Positions 39,204-52,919 of a stretch of 64,000 nt of DNA are shown piece by piece (the first letter of the stretch is position 1; each line of letters begins with the position of its first letter). The DNA is from Octopus sinensis (taxonomy: Eukaryota): the NCBI RefSeq assembly GCF_006345805.1, contig NC_043022.1, forward strand, positions 19,840,001 through 19,904,000, given 5' to 3'. Made by a program: the position numbers and the translations under genes. Under the pieces are notes generated by a model. The model was not told the origin of the DNA and did not search any database. It saw nothing but the letters and a program-made list of their open reading frames with translations.

Positions 39204-39437
39204 ATATTTTTTTACTGCCCACAAGGGGTTAAACATAGATGGGACAAACAAGGACAGACAAAGGGATTAAGTCAGTTACATCGACCCCAGTGCGAAACTG
39301 GTACTTTACTTATCGACCTCGAAAGGATGAAAGGCAAAGTCGACCTCGGCGGAATTTGAACTCAGAACGTAACGACAGACGAAATACCGCTAAGCATTTT
39401 GCCCGGTGTGCTAACATTTCTGCCAGCTCGCCACCTT
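39204..39437 (-). mobile_element. SINE family B with 15-bp TSD
   Basis: TSD ATAGTCTGATATAAT at 39189-39203 and 39438-39452. Confidence 0.92.
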
Positions 39438-39443
39438 ATAGTC

Positions 39444-39493
39444 TGATATAATGGGAATATTTCGGAATACAAAAATTCCTTCTTCAGATATCG
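39444..39493 (-). ncRNA. Type-I hammerhead, antisense twin
   Basis: Same core and stem II as 39545-39594, with one stem III mismatch and a 5-bp stem I. Confidence 0.7.
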
Positions 39494-39544
39494 CAAGGAA
39501 TTGATCAAGTCAATGCTATAATTGATGACTTGATCAATTCCTTG

Positions 39545-39594
39545 TGATATCTGAAGAAGGAATTTTTGTATTCCGAAATATTCCTATTATATCA
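39545..39594 (+). ncRNA. Complete type-I hammerhead ribozyme
   Basis: TGATAT-CTGAAGA-A-GGAAT(TTTTGT)ATTCC-GAA-ATA(TTCC)TAT-T-ATATCA. All three stems pair; predicted cleavage after 39588. Confidence 0.85.
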
Positions 39595-41596
39595 GATCAT
39601 GGATAATTAAGTTATAACGGTTATTATAGTCCACTCTGCATTGTTGAGCCATTCAAGACATGTTATATTTTACTATGTGTCTGTGTGTGTTTATACACAC
39701 ACACGGACATACATGCATATGTATTCATACACAAACACACACATACATGTCTATACATACAAACACATATACACACAAGTATATGTGCTATACACACAAT
39801 CACACACAAATATAGGTAATGCATATAAACAGATATGCATGCTTATAAATGTCTATATACATAAATGTCTATATACACGTCTATATATTGCAACTTCATA
39901 CAGCTTTATCTTTTTTTAAATTACAAACAAAAACAATATTACACTAAATAAAGAAAAAAACAAGCCTTAAAACAGGCTTCGGTAGCATTTTATTGCAGTA
40001 GTTATTTATTTATTTATTTATGAATTAATATTATTAATATTATTTTCATTATTTTCAATTTTTTTTTCATTTTATTAAGGATATATATATATATACATAT
40101 ACATGTGTATATATATATGTATATATATGTGTGTGTGTATGTGTGTATGTGTGCGTGTATATATATATATATAATGATAATAGTAAAAAAAAAAGCACAA
40201 CCACAAATTAAAAATATTCCAGGTAATGTAAAAAAAAAAAAAAATAAAGCACAGCATGGGAGGCAGGTGATAGAGATAGACAGGTAGATAGGTGAGAGGT
40301 AGATAGATGGACAGAGAGAGATAGAGAGAGTGGGGGTAGGTAGGTAGGTAGACAAAGGGGCTGTCTAATGTTGATTAAGACAGAAATGGGTGTTTGTTGC
40401 CTGGTGGTGGTGGACACTGATGATGGGAAGCATGATCAGGCCTGGGGATAGGGATGAAAAGTGGAATTGGGGAGGTTGAGGTGGGGGGCAGGGATCAGCA
40501 GTTTGAGAGAAGAGTTTTAAAAAAATAAAATAAATAAAAGTAAAAATAAAAATATTAAAAAAAATACTACGAACAAACAAGGAAGTGAGAAACAAAATGC
40601 AAAATTGACAATTTTTTTTTTTCTCTCTGTAACAGAAAAATGAAATATAGTAAAGACAAAAAAAAAAACAAAACAATTTAATGAAACATTTGAAAAATGT
40701 AAATAAATAAATAATTTTAAAAAAATAATCCTAACAAAAAAATTAATTATAAACAAAATAAAATAAATATCTAAAACAAGCTTTCGTTGCCAGAAAAAAA
40801 AAAAAATGCAAAATATAATGAAACATGAAAATGAATTAAAACATGAATGAATTGGCTGGTTGGTTGGTTGGTTGGTTTTAAGAAAGCATCATAAAAGAAG
40901 GGACGAAGAAAAGGGGACAAAGGGAGATAAAGAGGGAGCAAGGCATTCAGACCGAAAAATACATTATGGCCTTTTAACAGACATACATATGTATATATCC
41001 CCACCACCTGACCAATGGCTGACTCACTGCACCGCCCCCCCCCAACCTGCCATCTAAAAAATATTTTAATGCAAATTAGTTATTGTCGGATTATATGAAA
41101 TGTCGTTATTAATATCGTTATTCGGGCCCCTGATCCACCATAAACACGTATAAGGGGGTTCCAGTCATGACCACCCCCCAACTTTTACCATGCACTGTCA
41201 GATTAATGTCTTTTCTACATTTAAAACAGTAAGGCATATATGCAATGCAAGACTGAGGAGATTTGGCTGCTATTTCTAGCAATGATAATCAACCAACAGA
41301 AAGGAGCTTCCCTGCTGTTTTGGCTGCAGGTAAGTCATTGTTCAGCTTCTGTTTCATTAATCACCTTTCTTCATCAATCATTTCCAATGCAAAAAAGAAT
41401 CAGTGATTAAAAAAATCAAGCTAAAATATACATGGGCGGGGGGGGGGGGATTATGTATATAAATGTATGTGTTTGTGTATGTGTCTGCAGTCAGTTGTTG
41501 TGATTATGGCTGTCCATGGCTTTGGCATGACTTCAGAAGGTTCCTCCACGCTAGTTGGTTTCTCACTTGAATTTCCCACTTATATAGATTTATATA

Positions 41597-41839
41597 CAGG
41601 CTGGCCCAAAGGTAGGTTTACAATTATTCAACTGTCTCTTTCACATTTATATATTAACAGTTTAGATCTTAATTGTAAAAAAAAAAAAAAGAAAATTAAA
41701 CCATTATTCCATGCCAATTTAGTTAATTTTGTCGACCTCCCTTTTCTGTCAATTACAGAGAAATTTCAATGTAACAAAATGTTTTGAAAGAAATTCAAAG
41801 TGCCTGTGATAACTGTAAACCTACTTTTGGGCCACCCTG
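41597..41839. mobile_element. Tc1/mariner MITE
   Basis: TIRs CAGG(C/G)TGGCCCAAA.GTAGGTTTACA and TA TSD. A related solo end lies near 49270-49342. Confidence 0.85.
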
Positions 41840-42935
41840 TATATTTCATAGATTAGAGATAGGTGTTCCTTGTATAGAATACATTTTGCAGTGCTCAAGA
41901 GATTTAAACTTGAGCAGATAGAGGAGTAAGGACAAGCAAACTCCATTCTGTCAACACCTAAAATGTAAAATTCTTCCCTAAAGATAACGGCTGGTTTTAT
42001 CCAATGATGGAATCAAGTTGCAATCATTATTTTGGACCACCAGACCCCTACAAAAACAGCTGTCGGACTCATAAAACTCCCACTCAATCTCTAATTCCTG
42101 ATATCATTTTTATTCTGAGTAAGTTAGACTTTTTTATATGCATATATACATACATTTTTTTTGTATTAAATGTATTATATGTTTTGTATACGGACTTGCT
42201 TGTCCTTACATTTACTCAGATATTTGAGAAAAATGAACAGAAATGGTTTTTCTGATAATTTCTCCACTTTAATAATTAGATGTTTCATCTAATTATTGAA
42301 TCAGAAAAATTATCAGAAAAGCCATTTCTGTTCATTTTTCTCAAATATATAATACTGTATCAAGGACTTTACCATTTCTTATTCCATTATATATGTATGT
42401 GTGTGTGTGTATGTGTGTATATTATATATTATACACATACATACAAGTATAAATATGTGAGTGTTTAAAATTAAATTAAAAGATTAAATAACAGAATAAA
42501 ACCCAAAACCTGCAGGATTTCAGGGTCGATAAATTAAGTAACTGTTGCACACTAGGGTTGATCTAATCGACTGGCCCCCACTCCCAAAACATTTTGGGCC
42601 TTGTGCCTAGAGTAGAAAAGAATATACATAAATTTGTGTTTTATATTTTATCTTTTTGTCCTTGAATTATTCCGTCTTGGGTCCTTGTAGCCAATATAAC
42701 AAATCTTCATCATCATCATCATCATTATTATAATTATTAAGATTGTTTCCTGAGGTTTAGTGACAAGTTTCCTCAAATCTCAAGAATCTGTCCTAGGATG
42801 GTACTTTTCTGCAGGTTAATATTACCACTGCTACTATTATTATTATTACCTAACTAAAGTTCCCTACTCAAAATTGCAACATTTGTGTCTAAATTCGAAG
42901 CAATTGTTATCTGTAGGCCAGTGGATAAAGTGCTT

Positions 42936-43328
42936 GAGTGGCTGTGTGGTAAGTAGCTTGCTTACCAACCACATGGCTTCGGGTTCAGTCCCACTGCATG
43001 GCACCTTGGGCAAGTGTCTTTTACTTAAAGCCTCAGGCTGACCAAAGCCTTGTGAGTGGATTTGGTAGATGGAAACTGAAAGAAGCCCATCGTATATATG
43101 TGTGTATATATATATGTGTATATATGTTTATGTGTCTGTGCTTGTCCCAGTAACATTGCTTGACAACAGATGCTGGTGTGTCTATGTCCGCGTAACTTAG
43201 CGGTTCGGCAAAAGAGACCGATAGAATAAGTACTAGGCTTACAAAGAATAAGTCCTTGGGCCGATTTGCTCGCCTAAAGGTGGTGCCCCAGCATGGCCAC
43301 AATCAAATGACTGAAACGAGTAAAAAAG
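42936..43328 (+). mobile_element. SINE family A
   Basis: Full head, body and tail. Confidence 0.9.
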
Positions 43329-44595
43329 TAACAGATAATGAAAATCGAAAGCATGATTGCATTTTCCTCCTTTAACGAGGTCAGTGAAAAGCAACAAATG
43401 AATGATGGATGGATGGGTGGGTGGGAGGGGTACAACTGCATGACGCTCACAGACCAGACTGCAGCTGTGACTCAATTATATACAGTAGTGTGTCGATTCT
43501 TTTTTTTAAATATTAAAAGGATTTTTTTTTTTTAGTTTGTCATGATTATTTTGTTTTGTTTTTTTTTTGTTTTGGTTTGTTTCAGTTTCTTCCATCGCCC
43601 CCAGCCACCTCTACTCTTGCACATAATTTACATCCCCCTCCGTACATGAAACCCCCAGCCATGACCACCACCACCATCACATTACATTACATAAATCAGT
43701 ACCACCCTAACTCATGCTGGCTGCAGTGTTAAGGAGGGGGCCATTGGGGCTGGGATGAAGGTTTGGGGTTGGAAGAAACAGAAGAATGAAAGCAAGCAAA
43801 AAAAAAAAAAAAGAGAATTAAAAATTAACAAAAAAAATGGATGGTGATCCTGAATTCCACTGATGCAGAAATACGACGGTAGTAAGTTTATTACAACCGT
43901 TGGTCAGTTGAGTGTAACCACTGGTTAGTTAGTTAATTAAAACCTGTGGTTATTTATATAGAACGGGAAAGAGGGTGGGACAAGAAGAGAGAGAGAGGAA
44001 CAATTGGGAGATGCTAGGGCTGTGAAGAAGCAGAGGGACTTGTATGTATGTAATCTGTTTATATATATATACATATATATTATACATGCATACATCCAGA
44101 CACACACACACAGATACATAATTACATATAACTCACACACACATATCTGCATATATATATATATACACACGCACATATACATACACACATATACATATAT
44201 ATACATACACACACATATATATACATACACATATATACATACATATATATGCATACACATACATACATACATATACATATATACATATACACATACTTTC
44301 ACATGTATGAATATACACAAACACAAATAAGTATATAAATATTTGTGTGAGTATGTGTGTGTATGTATATATATATATAAAGGGGGGAAGGGATAAATTT
44401 TAAAATATGAGGGAGAGACAGAGTGAGGAGGAAAAAGGAACGAAGGAAAGTTGGAAAAGTTTTTTAAAAAAAAACATTAAAAAAAAAAAGCTTGTTGTGG
44501 TCAAGTTGAATACGTGCAGAGTTTTTTTGTAGTAGATTCAGGTTTAACACACTGATGTCAGGATAGCGCAGGACAGAAAACAACTAGAAGCCCTA

Positions 44596-44656
44596 CTAAT
44601 TTTTTCTTCTACACTTTGATGCTGCAATGAATATCAGAGCCAACCCCAAGGTGAAC
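44596..44656 (-). CDS. Candidate terminal exon
   Basis: Very strong acceptor TTTTTTTTTATTTCCAG. Phase 2 gives FTLGLALIFIAASKCRRKN*; phase 0 gives VHLGVGSDIHCSIKV*. UTR-like sequence follows. Confidence 0.4.
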
Positions 44657-44864
44657 CTGGAAATAAAAAAAAAATAAAAATAATAAAATAAAATAAAATA
44701 TGAATAATGGGTCAAATGAAAACGAAAACAACAGAAAAAGGAAGAATGAAAGACAGATAATTTTAAAAACAAAAGAAGACAATTATACATAGACAAATGG
44801 AAAAGTGATGTGAGAAAAAGGCCAGTGGTTAAGCAAACACAGAAGTGCTTAAAATAATGATGCT

Positions 44865-45835
44865 AATAGTAAGAATGATCCTTTCTACCAGAGGCGCAAG
44901 GCCTGAAATTTTGGAGGTGGGGACTAATTGATTACATCAACTCCAGTGTTTCACTGGTACTTAATTTATTGACCCCCCCCCCCCCCGTAAGAATGAAAGG
45001 CAAAGTCTATTTAGGTGGAATTTGAACTCGGAAAAAAGAGAGGTACCCAGCTAGGGAACATCTCTGCTAGCTCACTGCCTTACATAATAATAATGATGAT
45101 AATAATAGTAATCCTTTCTATTATAGGTGCAAGGCCTGAAATTTTGGGGGTGGCATTTTATTGACCCCAAATAGATGAAAGGCTATCAAATTTTGGCTCA
45201 AGACCAGCAGTTTCAGGCCAGTGCCCAAATGGTATGTATCTTATTGACCCAGAAAGGATGAAAGGTAAAGTAAGCTTTGGCATAATTTGAACTTAGATCA
45301 TAAAAACAGACAACATGCCACTAAGCATTTTGCCTGCTATGTTAACAATTCTACCAGCTTGCAGCTTTACAAAACAATAATAATAATTATTATTATTATT
45401 ATTCTTTCACATTTTTGCCCAAATTTTGGGGATTAATTGATTACATCAAGCCCCAGTGTTCAACTGGTTTTATTGATCCCAAAGGGATGAAAGGCAATTT
45501 CATCCTCAGCGGAATTTGAAGTTAAAACACATTTTAGGCAAAGGAGGAAGATCAAATACATAGGTCCCAGAGCTTAACTGGAACTTGCTTTATCAATCCG
45601 TGAAAGTTGACCACGGTAGAATCTGAACTCAGAAAGTCAAGAGTCAGATGAAATGCTGCTAAGAATTTTGTCCAATATGCTAACGATTCCATTCGCTCAC
45701 CATCTTTACACTACTAATAGCTCTTCCTACTATAGGCACAAGACCTGAAACTTGTGGGTGGGGAATAGTCAATTACATCAACCCCCAGCACTCAGCTGGT
45801 ACTTATTTCATTGACCCAAAAATGGATGAAAGGCA
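44865..45835 (-). mobile_element. Head-to-tail cluster of old SINE-B-like copies (B2 tails)
   Basis: About five degenerate units, several joined by (AAT)n/(ATT)n. Confidence 0.75.
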
Positions 45836-45989
45836 TATGACTATGCATCTATGTGTGTAGCTTCAATTCTGCATTACTTTGAAGGATTTTTTTGCATTAA
45901 TGCAGGAATGTAAGTAATTATTTATTATTAAATATAATAATCTAAATTATTTACACGCTTTTAAGTTATAAAACAATTTGTTACGATAT

Positions 45990-47223
45990 TAGAATTTTTT
46001 TATTGTTTAAAATTTCATATGTTGACTTTCGCTAAAGGATATTACCTATACCAACTAAGGACAATTACATCAAAGAATTAATATTTAGGATTAACGAATT
46101 TCTGTAAGAGTGATTTTAATGATTTCAATAATTTATATTAAGATTCTTATAATTGTATTCTTATCTTATATGTATTGAATTATAATGTATATATGTTTGT
46201 TATTAAGGTTCTCGTTTTTGTTAAATAAATAAGTCAACATTCTAATATCCAAAAGCTGATGAACCAACTAAATTGTTTCTCTATTTTCTTATTTGTATTA
46301 TAAATTAACGGTAAAAATATTTCTTTACCATCACCCATTTAATACAATAAATAAGTTAATTCCATTGCAACTAAAAACACTTGTGTATTAATAATTTGGG
46401 TATTATACCAACAGTACATTGGATAAATATTATCCCTTAGTGGGTTAGATCCACAACCCCTAACTTACTTGGTGTTAAATAATTAATCATATGAGAAATA
46501 TATATTGCTAATACTTGTATATGTATGAATTATCTATGCAATATTTGGAGTATTGCTAGTATAAGTGAATACATTTAAGTATAGTATAATAATCCCTCAA
46601 AATGAATACTGTTGGGAAAATGGAGATAATACAGATGGATTCATCGCTAAAGGATATACCTATACCAACTAAGGGCAATTACATCAAAGAATTAATATTT
46701 AGGATTAACGAATTTCTGTAAGAGTGATTTTAATGATTTCAATAATTTATATTAAGATTCTTATGATTGTATTCTTATCTTATATGTATTGAATTATAAT
46801 GTATATATGTATGTTGTGGAGGCGCAATGGCCTAGTGGTTAGGGCAGTGGACTCGCAGTCGCAGGATCGCAGTTTCGATTCCCAGACTGGGCGTTGTGAG
46901 TGTTTATTGAGCGAAAACACCTAATAGCTCCACGAGGTTCCGGCAGGGGGTGGCGATCCCTGCTGTACTCTTTCACCACTCTTTCTCCCACTCTTTCTTC
47001 TGTCGGCCTGCTCGCTTAGCCAGTGGGGTGGCGTCATTCGAAGGCTAAAACAATGCGAAAGCATTGTGACCAGCGATGTGTAACTATATCTGATGATCTG
47101 GTCGGTCATGTGATCACGTGATATCTATGTTATTAAGGTTCTCATTTTTGTTAAATGAATAAATAAGTCAACATTTTAATATCCGAAAGCTGATGAACCA
47201 ACTAAATATTTTCTTATTTGTAT

Positions 47224-47230
<7 letters not shown>
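45990..47230 (+). mobile_element. Penelope-like element: tandem pLTR-like repeat with ORF N-terminus
   Basis: 615-bp period (46029 and 46644). 46602-46721 encodes MNTVGKMEIIQMDSSLKDIPIPTKGNYIKELIFRINEFL*, resembling the recalled SLKNIPIP..Y...LI start of GIY-YIG PLE ORFs. CTGATGA core remnants at 46256 and 47190. Confidence 0.6.
46816..47125 (+). mobile_element. SINE family C, tail type 2
   Basis: Inserted in the second PLE unit, with possible TSD TATGTT. Confidence 0.9.
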
Positions 47231-47257
<27 letters not shown>

Positions 47258-47822
47258 AGCTTCTTTCAGTTTCCATCTACCAAATCCACTCACAAGGATC
47301 TGGTCGGCCTGTGGCTATAGTAGAAGACACATGCCCAAGATGCCACACAGTTGGACAGAACCTGGAACCATGTGATTGGAAAGTAAGCTTCTAACCATAC
47401 AGCCACACCTGTATATATTATTAATATACATACATGCATTCATACCTATGTATATTTTATTTGTGTGTATGTGTAGAAAGATAAATAGATAGACCAACAG
47501 ATTGTGTGTGTGTAAAACAAAATATTAACAAAGAAACAAAACTGAAAATGCAGCAGAAAAGACATTTTAAAAATATATATAAAGAAAAGGCTACAAATAA
47601 ATCATAGAGAAAAATGAAAAATGTAATTATATACTAAAAATGAAGACAAACTCAGAAGAATTCAGTTGATTAAATTTACTAGCAAATGACAGCACATTAG
47701 TGAAATAGTGGCTGTGTTCTTCCATAACAGAGCAAAATAAATTTCCTATGGCTTATTAATAATGATGGATTACCAGAATGGGAAACCTCTCTGATGGACA
47801 TTGTTTTAATGTGTAATCTGCA

Positions 47823-47855
<33 letters not shown>

Positions 47856-48231
47856 CACACACACATATACATACATACATACACACATATATACATACAT
47901 ACATACACACATACATACATACATACATACACACATACATACATACACATATATACATACATATATATATATATATAGATATACATACATATACACTACA
48001 TTATTTCATGTTCCTTTTTCTTTGCATTCAATAGTCTAACTATTATTTTTAATTACCCTGCTATATACATTTATATTTTCTTCATACACTTATTTACAGG
48101 TCTTCACTTGTTTTTTTGTACTTGTTTTTTTTATATATATATTTATTATTTGAGGAAATAAAATCCAATAATTCTACCAATTATATATCTTTTTATTATT
48201 TTTTTGCAATTTACTTAATCATTGACATTTT

Positions 48232-48620
48232 ATTACTCTTTACTCATTTACTTGTTTCAGTCATTTGACTGCGGCCATGCTGGAGCACTGCCTTTAGTCG
48301 AGCAAATCGACCCCGGGACTTATTCTTTGTAAGCCCAGTACTTATTCTATCGGTCTCTTTTGCCGAACCGCTAAGTGACGGGGACGTAAATACACCAGCA
48401 TCAGTTGTCAAGCAATGCTAGGGGGACAAACAGACACACAAGCACACACACATACATATACATATATACGACAGGCTTCTTTCAGTTTCCATCTACCAAA
48501 TCCACTCACAAGGCATTGGTCGGCCCGAGGCTATAGCAGAAGACACTTGCCCAAGATGCCACGCAGTGGGACTGAACCCGGAACCATGTGGTTGGTTAGC
48601 AAGCTACTTACCACACAGCC
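48232..48620 (-). mobile_element. SINE family A splitting a family-F element
   Basis: Flanks 48140-48230 and 48620-48715 are colinear with 53370-53530. Confidence 0.88.
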
Positions 48621-48966
48621 TTTTAATTTTAATATTTCTATTATATATAATTTTCTAGAGGGTGTAATTTAATTGTTCATTTTGAATTGATAAAAGGTGG
48701 TTTAATTCTAATTTTATATATATGCATGCATATTTCTATACCGTCAGGTTTTATGTGCTACACATTCCGGTATTTTAATATGTGTTCATATTCTTCGGTG
48801 TGACTATATGGAGATGATTTGAAGTTGTGTGACCAATTCTGTTGCTTATTTTTTAACCACTAAGTTTTTTTTACATACATATACCTGCATATATATATAT
48901 ACATACATACATACATACATACACACATACATATATATACATACATATATACATACATATATATAC

Positions 48967-48997
<31 letters not shown>

Positions 48998-50235
48998 CAT
49001 ACATATATATACATGCATACGTATATATATACATGCATACGTATGTATATACATATATACATATATATACACATACGTATGTATATACATATATATACAC
49101 ATACGTATGTATATACATACATATATACATACACACACACATACATACACCCCCCAAAAGTACGTTTGCAATTATTCAACTACTTCTTTTGCATTCATAT
49201 CAATTATAAATAAAATCTGAAACTATTATTCTATGCTAATTTAGTTAATTGTGAGATAGAAATATAAATGTAATAAAATGCTTTAAAAGAAATTGAAAGT
49301 GCCTACCTGATGACTGTAAACCTACTTTCGGGTCACACTGTTTACATACACCCACATATATACACACACACACACACACACATATATACATACATACATA
49401 TACACACGATATATATATATATATATATACATAAGTGTATATATATATTTACAAACACATATATATACATATATACACATACCTACAAACATGGACTACA
49501 GAGGAAGTTAATAATATTCAAAGTACCATAAACAAATAAAAAATAACCTTTTTGGACTTTGCCACTGCAAGCTTAGGGAAGTTTATTTTAGGGGGAATAG
49601 AAACAATAAGTGCACCCCCACTCCACCTTCCAATTACTTGAGTTAATTATTATAATAGTCATCGAATTTTTGTAGTTTATAACAATAACCTAAACATATG
49701 CTCACTTGAAATGATAAAATGATAACATGTACAAGCTCTTATTACCAAAGTAACATAGATTAACCTTTAGCATGCTTAGCCACATCATGTCATCATACAA
49801 GTTGTCTCCCCTGTTGCTGCAGGTGCATTGTGTCACATTGAGAAGGGAGGAAACTAATATGTTGGAATGATGTGTCTACAGCATACTAATGGTTAAATAA
49901 TAAGCCTGATGTGTCAGGGACTGAGAATTATAATGAAAATTTCAGAAATTTTAATTTCTATGAAAACAATTATTGGTGAGGGGAAAAGGTCCATTTTTTT
50001 AACAAATTTCAACAAGAAAATAATAACAGGATATAAATTCAAGAAAACAAAGAAACCAATGGAAATGTGTAAACAAAGAAATATAACATTCTAATTAAAC
50101 AGCAAAAACAACTTTTTTTTTTTTTTTTTATAAATATGAGTAAAATTAAACAAACATATGGAAAAACATGCAAATTGCAAATGCTTTTAAGTAAGGTTAA
50201 TGCAGAAGACAAAACATATATTTATGAACACTGAT

Positions 50236-50278
<43 letters not shown>

Positions 50279-51139
50279 AGACAAAGAGTCAGACAGTTAG
50301 AGAGAAATAGGGATAGGTAGAGATAGGAGGAAAAGGTAGGGTCTCTGAGAGTTATTTGTAAGAAAACAAGGCAAAAACAATTAAACAACAATAAATGAAG
50401 GATTTGGGATTAGGAAGGCACAAATTATTTATATTACAACACATGACGATCATTCTTTCAACACATGGGAAATCGCTCGTTACATCAATTGTTCCATGGA
50501 GCTTTTTAACAACAAACCATGCAGAAAAACCTGCAAGTTTGAATTTAATGGTGGTGGTGTGAGGAGGCACAACACAAACACAACAAACAGATGTAAATAA
50601 TATATACATATATGAATAAGCATGAGGACATTGAGGTGAAGGACGGAGCAGGAGTCGGGTGGACATGGCATGATGACAATAATATGATGGTGGTGTATAT
50701 GTGGGGAGGAAGGGTGCTGGGTTTCATAACAACAGGGGCATCATGGGGAGAAGTAAAAAAAAAAAAAAAGCTTTTTTCAATAAATAAAACAAAACCTTGA
50801 TGTAAAATTGCAAAATTGAAATCAATTAATGATAAATGAATGAGTCAAAATAAAAATTAGTAAATAAATATGTTAATTTAACAAATCAGAAATGAATGAG
50901 AGAAAAAGCAGATGTACATCACAACACCAAATGTCAAATGCTGAATACTGCACACTGGACAACAGTTAATGAATAATTATATATACACTGGTTAACATAA
51001 TGAATATGGAACAGAGGTACGAGACACACAGACAACACCAAAAGATATGTGTATATATACATATACACACATATATATATAGATATATAACCAAACACAT
51101 AAAGATACAGATATATACGTATTAAAATACACACACACA

Positions 51140-51382
51140 CATTCTTTTACTTGTTTCTGTCATTTGACTGTGGCCATGCTGGAGCACCACATTGAAAGGT
51201 TTTAACGAAATGAATCGATCCCAGTATTTATTTTATAAGCCTAGTAGTTATTCTACCTTTCACTTTTGCTGAACTGCTAAGTTATGGGGACATAAACACA
51301 CTGACATCAGTTGTCAAGTGCCGATGGGGGAACAAAAACAGACACAAACACACACACACACATACATATAGCTATATACATT

Positions 51383-51419
<37 letters not shown>

Positions 51420-51590
51420 AATACACACACACAATGGGTTTCTTTCGGGTTCCGTCTACCAAATCCACTCACAAGGTTTTGGACGGCCCGAGGCTATCAT
51501 AGAAGTCACTCGCCAAAGGTTGCATGCAGTGGGACTGAACCCGTAACCATGTGGTTGGGAAGCAAAGTTTCTTACAACACAGCCACACAT
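51140..51590 (-). mobile_element. Older SINE family A
   Basis: Diverged, with CpG-to-TpG decay. Confidence 0.8.
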
Positions 51591-52058
51591 ATACATGCAT
51601 GGAAATTAAAGCATATATAAACAGATCTCTTTAACATAAATCAATGAAGTGTCCCTTAGGTGATCCATTGTGGTTCAGCACCCAATCACATTGGGAACCT
51701 TCAAACAACCACAATGATAAAACTTACATATGAACAAATAATATAAGCTTTGTATTTATCGTAATTTCTGCTACATACACTCTGTATCACAACTAGTAAT
51801 ATTACTATATACAGTAATAACCTATACCACAATAGTGGCTCTTAACCTTCTTCGGGTATTGTTTGGTTTTCTCCATAGGTAACCTAATTAGACTTGAACA
51901 AGGCTTAGATATTGACATCTAGTTTATATTATGTGTGTGTGTGCGTGTGTATATTATGCATACAAACATGTGGATGTATGTGTGTACATATGTATGTTGC
52001 ATGTGAGAGTTAAACTGAAAATACAACTGTTTTTTAATTCTTTTAAAATAAGGATTTC

Positions 52059-52146
52059 CTACATGTCATCTAAGTCCCTTACATTTACAATAAGTCCTTC
52101 ATCTACATCCATATGCCTTCTTAGCCTTATCATCAGCATGGAGTGG
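52059..52146 (-). CDS. Candidate terminal exon
   Basis: Acceptor TTTTTGTTTATCTTAAAACAG. Phase 2 gives HSMLMIRLRRHMDVDEGLIVNVRDLDDM*. Confidence 0.3.
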
Positions 52147-52469
52147 CTGTTTTAAGATAAACAAAAACTAACGATATATGTGTATGTATATATATATATA
52201 TATATATATCATCATCATCATCATTTAATGTCCGCTTTCCATGCTGGCATGGGTTGGATCGTTTGACTAGGGACTGGGGAGCCAGAAGGCTGCACCAGGC
52301 TCCAATCTGATCTGGCAACGTTTCTACAGCTGGATGCCCTTCCTAATGCCAACCACTCCGAGAGTGTAGTGGGTGCTTTTACATACCACCGGCACGAGGG
52401 CCAGTCAGGCAGTTCTGCATATTCAGCACTGCATAGTTTATAAATTTCATAACAAGTACTGCAACAAGT

Positions 52470-52660
52470 TCAAGGAAAAACATATACATTGCATGTTTTG
52501 ATGGCATGAATGCTCAGAAATGCCGAAGGTGGTTTAACAAATTCAAAACTGATGAATTCTATCTTTTGGATGGGTGTTGATCAGGAAGACCAACTGTTCT
52601 CAATAATGACACAGTAAAAATAACTGGAGAGGAACTATGTCGAAGCAACAGGGACTTGTC
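52470..52660 (+). mobile_element. mariner transposase N-terminal remnant
   Basis: CRRWFNKFKTDEFYLLDGC*SGRPTV. Confidence 0.65.
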
Positions 52661-52679
52661 TTCGAGGCTTAACTCTCTA

Positions 52680-52915
52680 TATATTTCTTTACTGCCCACA
52701 AGGGTCTAAACACAGAGAGACAAAAAAGGACAGACAAACGGATTAAGTCGATTACATCGACCCCAATGCGTAACTGGTACTTAATTTATCGACCCCCGAA
52801 AGGATGAAAGGCAAAGTCGACCTCGGTGGAATTTGAACTCAGAACGTAACGACAGACGAAATACGGCTATGCATTTCGCCCGGCGTGCTAACGTTTCTGC
52901 CAGCTCGCCGCCTTA
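52680..52915 (-). mobile_element. SINE family B with 15-bp TSD
   Basis: TSD AGGCTTAACTCTATA at 52665-52679 and 52916-52930. Confidence 0.92.
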
Positions 52916-52919
52916 AGGC

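Larger units (their letters stand above)
39107..39669. mobile_element. Inverted pair of Penelope-like pLTR segments
   Basis: 39107-39203 plus 39442-39512 mirror 39526-39669, with a SINE-B inserted in the left arm. Confidence 0.8.

Noticed and set aside
41281-41336. Plus-strand exon ending in CAG/GTAAGT
   Set aside because: The acceptor lies in a repeat motif (GGCTGCTATTTCTA, also at 1013 and reversed at 32280), and there are no partner plus-strand exons.
45900-46800. Possible mitochondrial insertion (very AT-rich)
   Set aside because: No mitochondrial gene or tRNA motif; better explained as a Penelope-like repeat.
46816-46890. tRNA genes at SINE heads
   Set aside because: A and B boxes are present, but there is no acceptor stem and each runs into a SINE body.
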